A stretch of DNA of 64,000 nucleotides from Patescibacteria group bacterium UBA661 (GCA_002299465.1 DBNX01000014.1:19052-83051), one strand, 5' to 3'; counted from the stretch's first letter, positions 28,267 through 37,546 are shown. The notes: generated by a model not told the origin, from the sequence alone. Numbers and translations are program-made.

Positions 28267-28533
28267 TTAGTTATTCATCGCTAAGGCGTTGCTCCAGCAA
28301 GGGGCGGAAGCATTCCACGGACGCGTCCCTTGTGTTTCGTAAAGGTAGCGTGCGTAGGCCATATTGTGATAAATGTCGTAGAGATTGAGGTTCATAGAAC
28401 GTGCTGTCTCCTCGTGGTAACGTTTATTGATCTGCATTACGCCAGTGTCGTCGTTGTCAACTCTGCCCCTTAGGACAGAACCGTCAGCGAGAGTGTGTCG
28501 AAAAGTCGATTCACAACGGGCAATGTGTATCAT
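28267..28533 (-). CDS. small lysozyme-like / lytic transglycosylase (GH23-like) domain protein; the N-terminus may extend to about 28683 without a canonical start codon
   Basis: ARCESTF...GVMQIN resembles the SLT catalytic Glu/Ser and GLMQ motif. The in-frame upstream 50 codons encode a signal-peptide-like hydrophobic segment (LILSNVILAVLAATSFSTVVPAS) but contain no ATG/GTG/TTG. Confidence 0.45.
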   Translation of the reverse strand: MIHIARCESTFRHTLADGSVLRGRVDNDDTGVMQINKRYHEETARSMNLNLYDIYHNMAYARYLYETQGTRPWNASAPCWSNALAMNN

Positions 28534-28957
28534 TATCGGTATATCACGGAAATAAGAACGAACTATTCGCTCGGTTGAAATAGTAGCAGCGGGCAGGTTT
28601 TCTTGTGCTACTTCTGCCGAACTTATATAACCGAACTCAGTACTTGCAGGGACAACGGTCGAAAACGACGTCGCAGCCAGAACAGCAAGTATTACATTGG
28701 ATAAAATAAGCCATTGGTCTTATCTTATAAATACCGGCTTTTAGGTCGGTAACCGCAAAATCATAGCATAAATAGCGGATTTTTTATATTATAGCATATA
28801 TTAAGCTATAAGTCAATAGCTTGTGGTAATGTCTAAATAAATTTGGGCTGTTTTCAGCTATATTATAATCTAAGTCAGTTTTTATTTCGATTTATAAGTT
28901 TAAACCTCCCAACCCTCCGATCTTCGGCTTTAACACCAGTCAGTATATCTAAAAAAG

Positions 28958-28990
28958 CCGCCCCGAAAGTCGAGACGACTTTCGGGGCGG
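28958..28990 (-). terminator. rho-independent terminator of the mTERF-like gene
   Basis: 14-bp stem ccgccccgaaagtc / gactttcggggcgg with loop gagac, followed on the minus strand by TTTTTT. Confidence 0.65.
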
Positions 28991-29006
28991 TGGGCGGGGT
29001 TACCTC

Positions 29007-29999
29007 TCAGAAATCTTTTTTTCTGTATATGCGGTAAACAGCTCTCGGTGTCGGCTTTTCCTCTAAAGACCGAAACTTTCTTGCAATTGGGATGTAGTGC
29101 TTGGGAGACATACCAATGAATGTGAACGAGTACGCAATGAACTCATTAGCCTCTACCTCTAGCTGTCGACAGAGCTTTAATTTCCTGTCGATATTCTCAA
29201 ACGAGTAGCCGAGGATGTTCGGCGCCGTAGTGATCAGCTTCTGTGGGTCTTTGAACCCACGCTCACGCAACCCAGCGATTTTCCCGTCGATGTTCTCAAG
29301 CGAGTAGTTGAGGATAAGAGGCATCGAGACAATCATCTTCTGCGGGTCTTTGAACCCACGCTCTCGCAACCCAGCGATTTTCCCATCAATGTTCTCAAAC
29401 GAGTAGCCGAGGATGGCAGGCGACGTAATGATCAGCTTCTGCAGGTCTTTGAACCCACGCTCTCGCAACCCAGCGATTTTCCCGTCGATGTTCTCAAACG
29501 AGTAGCCGAGAATGGTAGGCGACGTAATGATCAGCTTCTGCGGGTCTTTGAAGCCACGCTCACGCAACCCGGCGATTTTCCCGTCGATGTTCTCAAACGA
29601 GTAGCCGAGAATGGTAGGCGACGTAATGATCAGCTTCTGCGGGTCTTTGAACCCACGCTCTCGCAACCCGGCGATTTTCCCATCAATGTTCTCAAACGAG
29701 TAGCCAAGGATGGTAGGCGACGTAATGATCAGCTTCTGCGGGTCTTCGAACCCACGCTCTCGCAACCCGGCGATTTTCCCGTCAATGTTCTCAAACGAGA
29801 GACCAAGGATGGCAGGCATCGAGACAATCATCTTCTGCAGGTCTTCGAAGCCGCGTTGTCTTAATCCTTCAATCTTTTTGCCATAATCTTCAACTGGCCA
29901 AAGGTGGTTTTTAAAGATCGAGCTGCCCTCAATACGTTCCAACCCGAAGATTTCCGCATAGAAATTTTGACGGGCGTTTCTTTCTTCTTGAGAAAGCAT
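29007..29999 (-). CDS. tandem-repeat protein with seven 33-aa mTERF-like motifs (hypothetical)
   Basis: Seven consecutive copies of G-LRERGFKDPQKLIITSPTILGYSFENIDGKIA. The pattern L..GF.d.q.i..ii..P.iLg.S.EN...K....L...GF matches the mTERF repeat consensus. Unique N- and C-terminal regions flank the repeats. Confidence 0.55.
   Translation of the reverse strand: MLSQEERNARQNFYAEIFGLERIEGSSIFKNHLWPVEDYGKKIEGLRQRGFEDLQKMIVSMPAILGLSFENIDGKIAGLRERGFEDPQKLIITSPTILGYSFENIDGKIAGLRERGFKDPQKLIITSPTILGYSFENIDGKIAGLRERGFKDPQKLIITSPTILGYSFENIDGKIAGLRERGFKDLQKLIITSPAILGYSFENIDGKIAGLRERGFKDPQKMIVSMPLILNYSLENIDGKIAGLRERGFKDPQKLITTAPNILGYSFENIDRKLKLCRQLEVEANEFIAYSFTFIGMSPKHYIPIARKFRSLEEKPTPRAVYRIYRKKDF
29178..29870. 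repeat. seven tandem 99-bp direct repeats, over 90% identical at the nucleotide level (coding)
   Basis: Unit gggtctttgaacccacgctctcgcaacccagcgattttcccgtcgatgttctcaaacgagtagccgag... recurs with only a few substitutions. Confidence 0.85.
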
Positions 30000-30163
30000 G
30001 GTACTCTCCTGTGTAGGGTGGAAGACAGTTTTGCTAATTTAGACTATATCATAAAATATGTTTTTGTCCAATTTTTTGCTGGCTGTTATCAGTACTCAAT
30101 TACACTACTACAACTATAATTTTGCTGAATTATGTGTTTTAATTTAAGGGTTTCTTAAACGGT

Positions 30164-31087
30164 ATGACATTATTATTATTTTTTGGAGCGTTGGTGGCTC
30201 CCTTCCTCTACGCGATTACCAACCACGTAGATAAAATTCTCCTTCAAAATTATTTCAAGGAAGGCGGGGTTGGTACATTGATTATTTTCTCCTCCCTCCT
30301 CTCTTTTATTGCTATACCAGTGGTGCTTTTTGTTGATCCAACGGTACTACAAACTGATTGGTTTAATATAGCTATACTGACAGTTGTCGGTGCGATGAAT
30401 CTCATCTTGTTGTGGTGTTACTTGCAGGCGCTCAACGCCGATGAGCCCACGGTCGTTATTATCTTTTACCAGTTGGTGCCTGTACTCGGCCTGATTCTTG
30501 GCTATTTGGTGTTAGGAGAAATGATTACTCTGATGCAGGGGGTGGCCATGGCACTCATCATTGTTGGTGCTTGTATTATGACGTTAGCAAGTGACGAGGA
30601 TGGGAAGCTTACTATCCGACTTCGGACCCTGGGTTATATGGTGATTGCATCTTTGTGTTGGGCGGGTGAGTCTACTCTCTTTAAAAAAGTGGCCCTAGAA
30701 GAGAACGTTTGGCGTTCCTTTTTCTGGGAAAGTCTTTCGATGGTTGTTATTGGTATTATTTTGTTTTTATTTGTGCGTCGCTATCGCCAATCATTCCTAA
30801 AGGCACTAAAAGTAAACAGTAAACCAATTTTAGGTTTAAACGTTTTCAATGAGTCAGTCTACATAACTGGTAACATGGCAGCTTCTTTTATGGTGGTCCT
30901 CATTCCGGTGGCTCTTAACTTGCTGATGAATTCCTTCCAGCCCATATTTGTGTTCGTTATTGGTCTGGTATTGGCGTGGTTTATACCGAATTATGCGACT
31001 GAGACAGCGCGTAGTCGCTGGAAGCAGAAACTGTTAGCCATTGTCTTCACCGGCTTGGGGGCGTATTTCATTGGTGACTGGTGGTAG
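30164..31087 (+). CDS. DMT (EamA-like) family transporter
   Basis: 307 aa, about 10 predicted TM helices in a duplicated 5+5 arrangement. Confidence 0.55.
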   Translation: MTLLLFFGALVAPFLYAITNHVDKILLQNYFKEGGVGTLIIFSSLLSFIAIPVVLFVDPTVLQTDWFNIAILTVVGAMNLILLWCYLQALNADEPTVVIIFYQLVPVLGLILGYLVLGEMITLMQGVAMALIIVGACIMTLASDEDGKLTIRLRTLGYMVIASLCWAGESTLFKKVALEENVWRSFFWESLSMVVIGIILFLFVRRYRQSFLKALKVNSKPILGLNVFNESVYITGNMAASFMVVLIPVALNLLMNSFQPIFVFVIGLVLAWFIPNYATETARSRWKQKLLAIVFTGLGAYFIGDWW

Positions 31088-31187
31088 GTAAGAAGTGACC
31101 ACATTTTGTGTCTTTCTAACACCTTATCTAAATTTGATTTTTAGCTTCTTTAAAAAAACTTACTGCCGAGAGCTTTTATTTAAGTAA

Positions 31188-32030
31188 TCATTGCTGTTGT
31201 TTGGCATAAACCAGTGCTCCATAAAGACCAGCGTCATCTTTTAGGGTGGCGGTGGTAATGAAAGGACAAGCCACAAAACCATCGAGAGCTTCTACGGTGT
31301 ATTTTCTGGTGGCTTCAATTGGTATTTTTGGATCCCCCACCATCATAGAACCACCGAGAATAATTACCTCCGGCGACCAGTACAGAATGGTGTTGCGCAA
31401 TCCTTGTGCTAAATACTCCGCTAACTCGTCCCATAAAGCGTCGCTTTGGGGGATTTCGTAGGGCTTAACTCCTAGACGAGATTCCACCGCTGTACCGGAC
31501 ACCAAGTTTTCTAAGGTTGGAGTCACGTCTTCGCCTAAAATGGTCCTGTCTATATCAAGCAGTTGGTGACCGGGTTCAAAGCCAACTGTTGCAATATCTA
31601 GTTTGCCTTGCTCGATCTTTACCCCACCCACACCGGTGCTGATGGTGTGGTAAGCAACAATATCAAGCCCCTTCCCTGCCCCAAAAACCGCTTCCCCTAA
31701 ACCCGCTAAGGCCGTGTCATTTTCTAAGTAAACTGGTACACCAAACTGAGCAGTTAAATCTTTAGTCAGCGGTTTACCAGCCCAACTACCAAGCACGGCA
31801 TCATTAGCGATGCCGGTTTTATTCTCCATTAGCAAACCCCGAATACCACCAGCTATGGCTTTTATTTTTTTACCGGCTGCTAATTCAGCGATTCCTTCCG
31901 ACATTTTTTTAAGACCAGCTTGATAATTAGTTGGGGTGTTAAAAGAAATCTTTTGTGTGATGGTTTTACCATCATCGCTAACCGCTACTCTAATTTTCGT
32001 GCCACCAACATCAAAAACAACGTAGATCAT
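31188..32030 (-). CDS. ROK family sugar kinase (glucokinase-like)
   Basis: VFDVGGTKIRVAV N-terminal ATPase motif; ROK-like core; 280 aa. Confidence 0.7.
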   Translation of the reverse strand: MIYVVFDVGGTKIRVAVSDDGKTITQKISFNTPTNYQAGLKKMSEGIAELAAGKKIKAIAGGIRGLLMENKTGIANDAVLGSWAGKPLTKDLTAQFGVPVYLENDTALAGLGEAVFGAGKGLDIVAYHTISTGVGGVKIEQGKLDIATVGFEPGHQLLDIDRTILGEDVTPTLENLVSGTAVESRLGVKPYEIPQSDALWDELAEYLAQGLRNTILYWSPEVIILGGSMMVGDPKIPIEATRKYTVEALDGFVACPFITTATLKDDAGLYGALVYAKQQQ

Positions 32031-33283
32031 AGGAATAAAATCTCCTTGGTTTTATTTTTGTAAAGTTCTACGTTGGGTTGGTCAAAAGCATTTAGTTTTA
32101 GTAGTTTTGCTACGTACATTACCTCACGTAGTCGCATCGCCATAAATTGCCCGGTCGAGTAAGTAAGATTTTCTTCAAAGATTGTGGCGCGATGTGGTAG
32201 CTGTAGCTCTTGGTAAGCGGCGATTACTCCACCGTAGAGGGCGGTTGCTACTTCTTGAATCGAATAACCCTTAAGAGCGCCGGCTATTTTGGTTTGTTTA
32301 GGAATCATAACATCCAGTGTTTCATCATCAAAAGTCACAAAATCCGTATACATTTTTGGTACACCACTTAAAAATAATTGTCCGACTGAGTGGAGCTCCA
32401 CCGGCGTTACAATCGTCGGTACCATCACCTCGCGTACGGGCTTATTTTCGATGGTTACCGCCTTCCCTAAGCTTTCAGCAAATAATTGTCGATACCAGCG
32501 ACCGAGCTTTTCTAAGCGTGGTTCAAAGGCAAAAAAGGTGTAGTGCGGATATCTGAGTTGGTGATAGCAAGTAATCCGAGCGGCGCTATCAACTACTACT
32601 GATTCCAGAGTCGGGTTGAGGACGTCTAAATAACCAGAGAGAAATTCGTCTACATCGTAATTTAGTAAGGCGAGCGGAATAAGTCCGACAGCGGTCGCAA
32701 TCGAGTAGCGTCCGCCAATAATTTCTGGCATCGCCACGGTGGTGGCGTTTAGTTTTTTGCCAGTTTTCATAAACTCAGTCCCTGCGTTACCAATAAAGTA
32801 ACTTTGGTCGTAAATAGATTTTCCGTACTTACCTTCTAAAATTGAAAACAAAACCGCCGCGTTGGCTAAGGTTTCTGTCGTGTTACCAGATTTGCTAACC
32901 ACACAAACTGCTATCTGCTTAACTTGTTTGTAGCGGGTTAGAGTTTTTTCCAAAGAGCGAAAAGTATCAACTCCGACCGTATCCAAGACGAACAGCTCGC
33001 GGGTGTGATCGGAAAGAATGCCGTGCACAGCTTCCACGCCAAGACTAGAGCCGCCAATACCCACTAAAATTACCAACCTAATATGCTTAGCTCGCTGGCT
33101 AGCTGTCTCCACTGCGCGGTGTAAAGCTAAATCTTTTGCGTAATACAAAGATGCTTCTGGTACTTCTAAATTAAACTGTTTTTCAGCTTCTTGTATTTCG
33201 GTTCGGTAAACCTGTAAGGATTTTTTGTTTTGGATCAGTTGACGTTCCTTGAGTCGAGCGTCATCAAAGTACGAAATGTGCAT
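32027..33283 (-). CDS. pgi: glucose-6-phosphate isomerase (short type)
   Basis: SIS-domain motifs (VGIGGSSLG; SKSGNTTETL) and a C-terminal PGI domain; 418 aa. Overlaps the kinase gene by 4 nt. Confidence 0.75.
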   Translation of the reverse strand: MHISYFDDARLKERQLIQNKKSLQVYRTEIQEAEKQFNLEVPEASLYYAKDLALHRAVETASQRAKHIRLVILVGIGGSSLGVEAVHGILSDHTRELFVLDTVGVDTFRSLEKTLTRYKQVKQIAVCVVSKSGNTTETLANAAVLFSILEGKYGKSIYDQSYFIGNAGTEFMKTGKKLNATTVAMPEIIGGRYSIATAVGLIPLALLNYDVDEFLSGYLDVLNPTLESVVVDSAARITCYHQLRYPHYTFFAFEPRLEKLGRWYRQLFAESLGKAVTIENKPVREVMVPTIVTPVELHSVGQLFLSGVPKMYTDFVTFDDETLDVMIPKQTKIAGALKGYSIQEVATALYGGVIAAYQELQLPHRATIFEENLTYSTGQFMAMRLREVMYVAKLLKLNAFDQPNVELYKNKTKEILFL

Positions 33284-33297
33284 AGATTTTTATATAT

Positions 33298-34074
33298 TTA
33301 GACCTGTCGGACATTCTTGCAGTCAACATTTTTTAAGACATATTTGTAAGCATCTTCAACCGAATCTACAACCACAAAGAAATCCAAGTCTTCTTTGCTG
33401 ATAGTTTTAAACTTTTTTACAAGATCTTTTTCAAACCAGTGCAACAACGGGTTCCAAAATTCCGAGCCATACAAGACAATCGGAATCCGTTCAATTTTTT
33501 TGGTTTGAATGAGGGTAATAATCTCAAAGAACTCATCCAGAGTACCGTAGCCACCAGGAAAGTAGACATAGGCCTCAGAAGCGAATGTCAGCATTACTTT
33601 ACGCGAAAAAAAATACTTAAAACTCATGGATTCTGTCGTGTAGGGATTTAGTTTTTGTTCAAACGGTAATTCGATATTAAGTCCCACTGACCGTCCACCC
33701 ACCTTAAAAGCACCCACGTTAGAGGCTTCCATAATTCCTGGACCGCCACCGGAAATCACAGCAAAACCCTTTTTGGCTAATTTAGCAGCTAGTTCCTCAG
33801 CGGCTTTGTAGTAAGGGTCGTCAGGAGTAAGTCGAGCACTTCCCCAAAAAGTAACTGATAGTCCGTAATTTCGCAACAACTCAAAACCCTGCACAAACTC
33901 AGACATAATTCTAAAAACTCGCCACGATTGCACTGCCCCGTCTTGACCGGCTGGGTCCAGTAATTCCGTTACCACTCGACACTGCTGGCTAGATTTTTTT
34001 GACTTAGCCTTATCTAACCCGAAAATTTTTTTGACCATACGCATATGTACATTGTAACATTCTATGTCTGCCAA
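33298..34074 (-). CDS. LOG family protein (TIGR00730; cytokinin riboside 5'-monophosphate phosphoribohydrolase-like)
   Basis: VTFWGSAR...ISGGGPGIMEA...PGGYGTLDE, the hallmark LOG motifs. Confidence 0.75.
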   Translation of the reverse strand: MADIECYNVHMRMVKKIFGLDKAKSKKSSQQCRVVTELLDPAGQDGAVQSWRVFRIMSEFVQGFELLRNYGLSVTFWGSARLTPDDPYYKAAEELAAKLAKKGFAVISGGGPGIMEASNVGAFKVGGRSVGLNIELPFEQKLNPYTTESMSFKYFFSRKVMLTFASEAYVYFPGGYGTLDEFFEIITLIQTKKIERIPIVLYGSEFWNPLLHWFEKDLVKKFKTISKEDLDFFVVVDSVEDAYKYVLKNVDCKNVRQV

Positions 34075-34658
34075 GGAATGTCATACTGCGCAAATTCGGG
34101 GAGAAGTTTTTGGTCGTGCAGTAAACGAGAAATTACTTCCGCGTGTGAAAGTGCCCCAGTGAGAGCGTTGTGGGGCTCGGGTTCTTCGGGAATACCACAA
34201 TAATTCAAAATCGCGTCTAAGTTTAAGGCACTGCGGCGATGTTGCGCATCGAGGGGTGGGTAGAGCCCTCTTTTTACGATATGCATCCAGGCCAGGGTGT
34301 GGCTGTCTATCGTGCGGTGGGCAAAATCTTGTGGTAAATGAGCACGGATACAAGCCGCTTTCAGAAAATCACGGTCAAACGAAACGTTTTGTCCCGCCAG
34401 AGTACGGTCGCCCATATGCTGAGACCATTCGAGAAAAGACCTGACCAACTCTGCTTCGCTAACTTTATTGGGGTCGGTAATAGTTGCCTCATCCATACCG
34501 TGTACGGCAGTCGCTTCTTCCTGAATATGAGCCCCCGACCAAATCCGACATTCCCCGTAAAAGCGGTTGGTAGGCATTTCATATTCTAAAGCTCCCAGCG
34601 CAATAATTGAACACTTCTGATAATCTACTCCGCTTGCTTCAATATCGATTACAATCAT
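34062..34658 (-). CDS. DEDD-type 3'-5' exonuclease domain protein
   Basis: IVIDIEASG Exo I motif; H..D C-terminal motif; 198 aa. Confidence 0.6.
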   Translation of the reverse strand: MIVIDIEASGVDYQKCSIIALGALEYEMPTNRFYGECRIWSGAHIQEEATAVHGMDEATITDPNKVSEAELVRSFLEWSQHMGDRTLAGQNVSFDRDFLKAACIRAHLPQDFAHRTIDSHTLAWMHIVKRGLYPPLDAQHRRSALNLDAILNYCGIPEEPEPHNALTGALSHAEVISRLLHDQKLLPEFAQYDIPWQT

Positions 34659-34660
34659 AA

Positions 34661-35455
34661 TTAAATATTAGCCATTGCCTTCCGTTTTTCAAATTCAGAA
34701 GCCACGATAGCTCCGTAGTAAATCACTGAGGCGATTACGTATACCCATACCAAAAGGACCAAAATAAGTCCGGCTGCACCAAAAATATTAAGAGCGGGTT
34801 TGGTCGCTAGGTAAAGAGTGACCAGGTTTTTAGCAAAAACGAATAAGAGTCCTGCTGTCAAAGCCCCTACCAAACAGCCGCTAATACTCGGTGCCTTAGC
34901 TACTAAAAATCGGTAGAGCAAGAAAAAGAAAAAAGAGATACTAAAAAACCAAATCAAGACTGGCACTAGCCGATTTTCTAATTCCAACATCGCCCAAACG
35001 CCTTCGATGCTAATGATCGCCAAAACGTAAATTTGTAGGATGGCGATAAAAAATATCGAGCGGAAAGTTTGCCAAAGCCAGGATTTTAAATCATTTTCTT
35101 GAATATTCCAGATGTGTCTAAAGCCGTAACCGAGGACATTAATAGCTGCCACACCAGTTACTGAAAAAAAAGCAATCGCTAATATAGGTACGTCGTATGA
35201 ATGTACTTGCACATCAAGATTCTGCACAGCATAGCTAATCAGAGAGGTCAGATCGGGACCAAACATCGCTCCCCAACTGATAAACATATTCCTGACAAAT
35301 TCAAAGCCAAAAAATGTACTTGAGATACCCAAAGAAATCAAAATGAGTGGCACCAAAGCGAACGGGGCGTAATAAGAGAAAGCCGCGGCGTGGTGACTCA
35401 TACCCAAGCTGATCCATAGGCTGACGGATTTAGATAATATCTGGAGACGGTGCAT
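34661..35455 (-). CDS. YihY/BrkB family membrane protein
   Basis: Six predicted TM helices with a YihY-like N-terminus (AAAFSYYAPFALVPLILI). Confidence 0.65.
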   Translation of the reverse strand: MHRLQILSKSVSLWISLGMSHHAAAFSYYAPFALVPLILISLGISSTFFGFEFVRNMFISWGAMFGPDLTSLISYAVQNLDVQVHSYDVPILAIAFFSVTGVAAINVLGYGFRHIWNIQENDLKSWLWQTFRSIFFIAILQIYVLAIISIEGVWAMLELENRLVPVLIWFFSISFFFFLLYRFLVAKAPSISGCLVGALTAGLLFVFAKNLVTLYLATKPALNIFGAAGLILVLLVWVYVIASVIYYGAIVASEFEKRKAMANI

Positions 35456-35471
35456 GTCTGTTTATTCTACC

Positions 35472-35897
35472 CTATCTAAGGCCAGGGCAATTAACGGCCG
35501 GGGTATAACCAGCCGCCTCAGCGGCTGCTCGTGAGGGAAAAGTAAGCAAATTTTCTGGCTTAATTCGTGCTGCCCCTGGACATTCGGGCAGATGATACCG
35601 GGTGCCGTTTCTTGATGCCACCACCGCTACGGTTTGGCTGTCTTGTTCAGTTACTTCACTTACTTGGACTGGAGTGGCGGTCGAGGTGAGTGGTACGTGG
35701 GTGGGTGTCAAATTGATGTTTGCTTGCTTTTCTTGATAAATTACCGTGGCGGTTTCGGTATTTGTACTTAAAACCGAATTTAAGGAGACGGACTGCCGAC
35801 CGAGCAAAAAGGAGATGGCTGCCACAAAAATAATCAAAACACTGAAGAAAATTCGGTCATTTTGGAGAGCGGACTTGAATTTTTCTTTCATATACAT
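35472..35897 (-). CDS. membrane-anchored protein with C-terminal Ada-type zinc-binding-like domain (hypothetical)
   Basis: N-terminal TM helix. The C-terminus (RYHLPECPGAARIKPENLLTFPSRAAAEAAGYTPAVNCPG) resembles the Ada_Zn_binding pattern YH.P.C...I...N...F.s...A...G..PC..C. Confidence 0.35.
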   Translation of the reverse strand: MYMKEKFKSALQNDRIFFSVLIIFVAAISFLLGRQSVSLNSVLSTNTETATVIYQEKQANINLTPTHVPLTSTATPVQVSEVTEQDSQTVAVVASRNGTRYHLPECPGAARIKPENLLTFPSRAAAEAAGYTPAVNCPGLR

Positions 35898-35936
35898 TAT
35901 AATCGCACCATAATCTATCGTTAATCATTATATCCT

Positions 35937-36212
35937 ATGGCAACCAAAAAAGCCGCGGGTACCGCGAAAAACCTGCGTGACTCGCAACCTAAATATCTGG
36001 GCATCAAAAAAACCGCCGGCGAAAAAGTTGGTCTTGGTCAAATTATTGTTCGTCAACGTGGTACAAAAATTGAAGCGGGCAAGGGCGTTAATGTTGGTAA
36101 AGACCACACTCTTTACGCCGCCCAACCAGGCACTGTTTCATTCCGCAGTCTACGCAAAAAGCGTTTTGACGGTAGTCTAGTCGTCAAAAAAGCCGTGGAC
36201 GTCATTGCTTAA
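35937..36212 (+). CDS. rpmA: 50S ribosomal protein L27
   Basis: MATKKAAGTAKNLRDSQPKYLGIK...IIVRQRGTK..AG.NVG.GKDHTLYA; 91 aa. Confidence 0.9.
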   Translation: MATKKAAGTAKNLRDSQPKYLGIKKTAGEKVGLGQIIVRQRGTKIEAGKGVNVGKDHTLYAAQPGTVSFRSLRKKRFDGSLVVKKAVDVIA

Positions 36213-36233
36213 ATCTCAATTCGATTTAGCCCA

Positions 36234-36273
36234 AAAACAAAAACTCGGTCTTTGCAGATCGAGTTTTTGTTTT
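36234..36273. terminator. bidirectional terminator between rpmA (+) and the cyclophilin gene (-)
   Basis: aaaacaaaaactcg-(12 nt loop)-cgagtttttgtttt. Confidence 0.6.
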
Positions 36274-36296
36274 GCCTTTCTTTAAACGGCAATGAG

Positions 36297-36998
36297 CTAG
36301 GGTCGAGTAATCAGTACGGACTCAATAATTACAGGATTAACCGGTAAATCATTAGCGTTTGTTTCGGTGGTAGCGATAGCGTCCACCACATCCATACCAC
36401 GCAAGACTCTGCCAAAAACTGGGTGTTTCGATGACAGAGGCTCCTTATCAAAATCCAGATTGGTGTTATCAACTACGTTTATAAAGAATTGGCTGCCACC
36501 AGATTCGGGACCGCGGTTTGCCATGGCGATAGTGCCGCGTACATTCGTTAAGTATTCTCCACTAACGTGTTCGTCGGGGATGGTGTAGCCAGGACCGCCT
36601 GTGCCGTATCTAAGATATTCACCGGTTCTGGTATAGGGATCGCCAGATTGAATCATAAAACCCTCAATCACGCGGTGGAATTTAATCCCATCATAAAAAC
36701 CCTCCTCAGCTAGTTTGATAAAATTTCCAGCCGTGATAGGCATGGTGTCTGTGAATAATTCGATTTCAATCACACCGCGGTTGGTGAGCATAGTGGCAAC
36801 AGGGTTGTTAGGATTTGTCATTTCTACTTGATAAGCGGATAATTCTTCGGGTGAAAGTGGACCTGGTAATTGTTCGTTTAGCTGGCTGTCAGTGACGGTC
36901 GGAGTGGTGTCATCACCCAGCCAAAACGCCAAACCAACCACTAACCCCAATGACAACACCATCACTCCACCCACTGCTATTAAACTTTTTTGCTTCAT
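36297..36998 (-). CDS. peptidyl-prolyl cis-trans isomerase, cyclophilin type, membrane-anchored
   Basis: N-terminal TM helix and a cyclophilin core (ITAGNFIKLAEEGFYDGIKFHRVIEGFMIQSGDP). Confidence 0.85.
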   Translation of the reverse strand: MKQKSLIAVGGVMVLSLGLVVGLAFWLGDDTTPTVTDSQLNEQLPGPLSPEELSAYQVEMTNPNNPVATMLTNRGVIEIELFTDTMPITAGNFIKLAEEGFYDGIKFHRVIEGFMIQSGDPYTRTGEYLRYGTGGPGYTIPDEHVSGEYLTNVRGTIAMANRGPESGGSQFFINVVDNTNLDFDKEPLSSKHPVFGRVLRGMDVVDAIATTETNANDLPVNPVIIESVLITRP

Positions 36999-37015
36999 AC
37001 TGTTTTTTACAGATG

Positions 37016-37462
37016 CTAATGATTATTTGCTAAAACTTTAATACTTAAACTGCCAGTTTTACCCCCACCCGCTATGGAGACACTATGCTCCCCCACTGTT
37101 TTTATAGGTGAAGTAAATTTTAGGTAACCCGTCTCAATCACATAACCGCGCTCAGCGAGAACGGTGGTCAGTGTGGTGGCTTGCACGGACTGGAAAAGAT
37201 GACCTTGTTGGTTGGCTTCCATATTTATAACCAGAGGTTCTTTTGTACACGACTCAATTACTGCCGCTATCAACTGCCCGACATCAGCTTGGGCTTGGGC
37301 CTTACCGGACTTAAGGGCTTCCACCCGCTTTATGTTGGCCGGAAGGGCGGGTAAAGCGTCTTTTTGGGGAATTAACTTATTCAAAGCAAAACCGTCAGGC
37401 ACTTCTTTGACTTCATAGCGTTTGCCAATTTTAGCAACATCCCTGAGAAGAATTACTTTCAT
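37016..37462 (-). CDS. rplI: 50S ribosomal protein L9
   Basis: MKVILLRDVAKIGKRYEVKEV.DGFA.N.LIP; 148 aa. Confidence 0.85.
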   Translation of the reverse strand: MKVILLRDVAKIGKRYEVKEVPDGFALNKLIPQKDALPALPANIKRVEALKSGKAQAQADVGQLIAAVIESCTKEPLVINMEANQQGHLFQSVQATTLTTVLAERGYVIETGYLKFTSPIKTVGEHSVSIAGGGKTGSLSIKVLANNH

Positions 37463-37546
37463 AACATTCGTTTATTTTATGACATTTGCTACTAACAACC
37501 CAATAACTTCAGTATCATAACAAGTTATCAGCTCGTGGCAATATGC

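Noticed and set aside
29178-29870. Regularly spaced 99-bp direct repeats that could be mistaken for a CRISPR array
   Set aside because: The repeats are contiguous, with no unique spacers. They are in-frame within a 330-aa ORF and encode a conserved 33-aa motif. This is a coding tandem repeat, not CRISPR.
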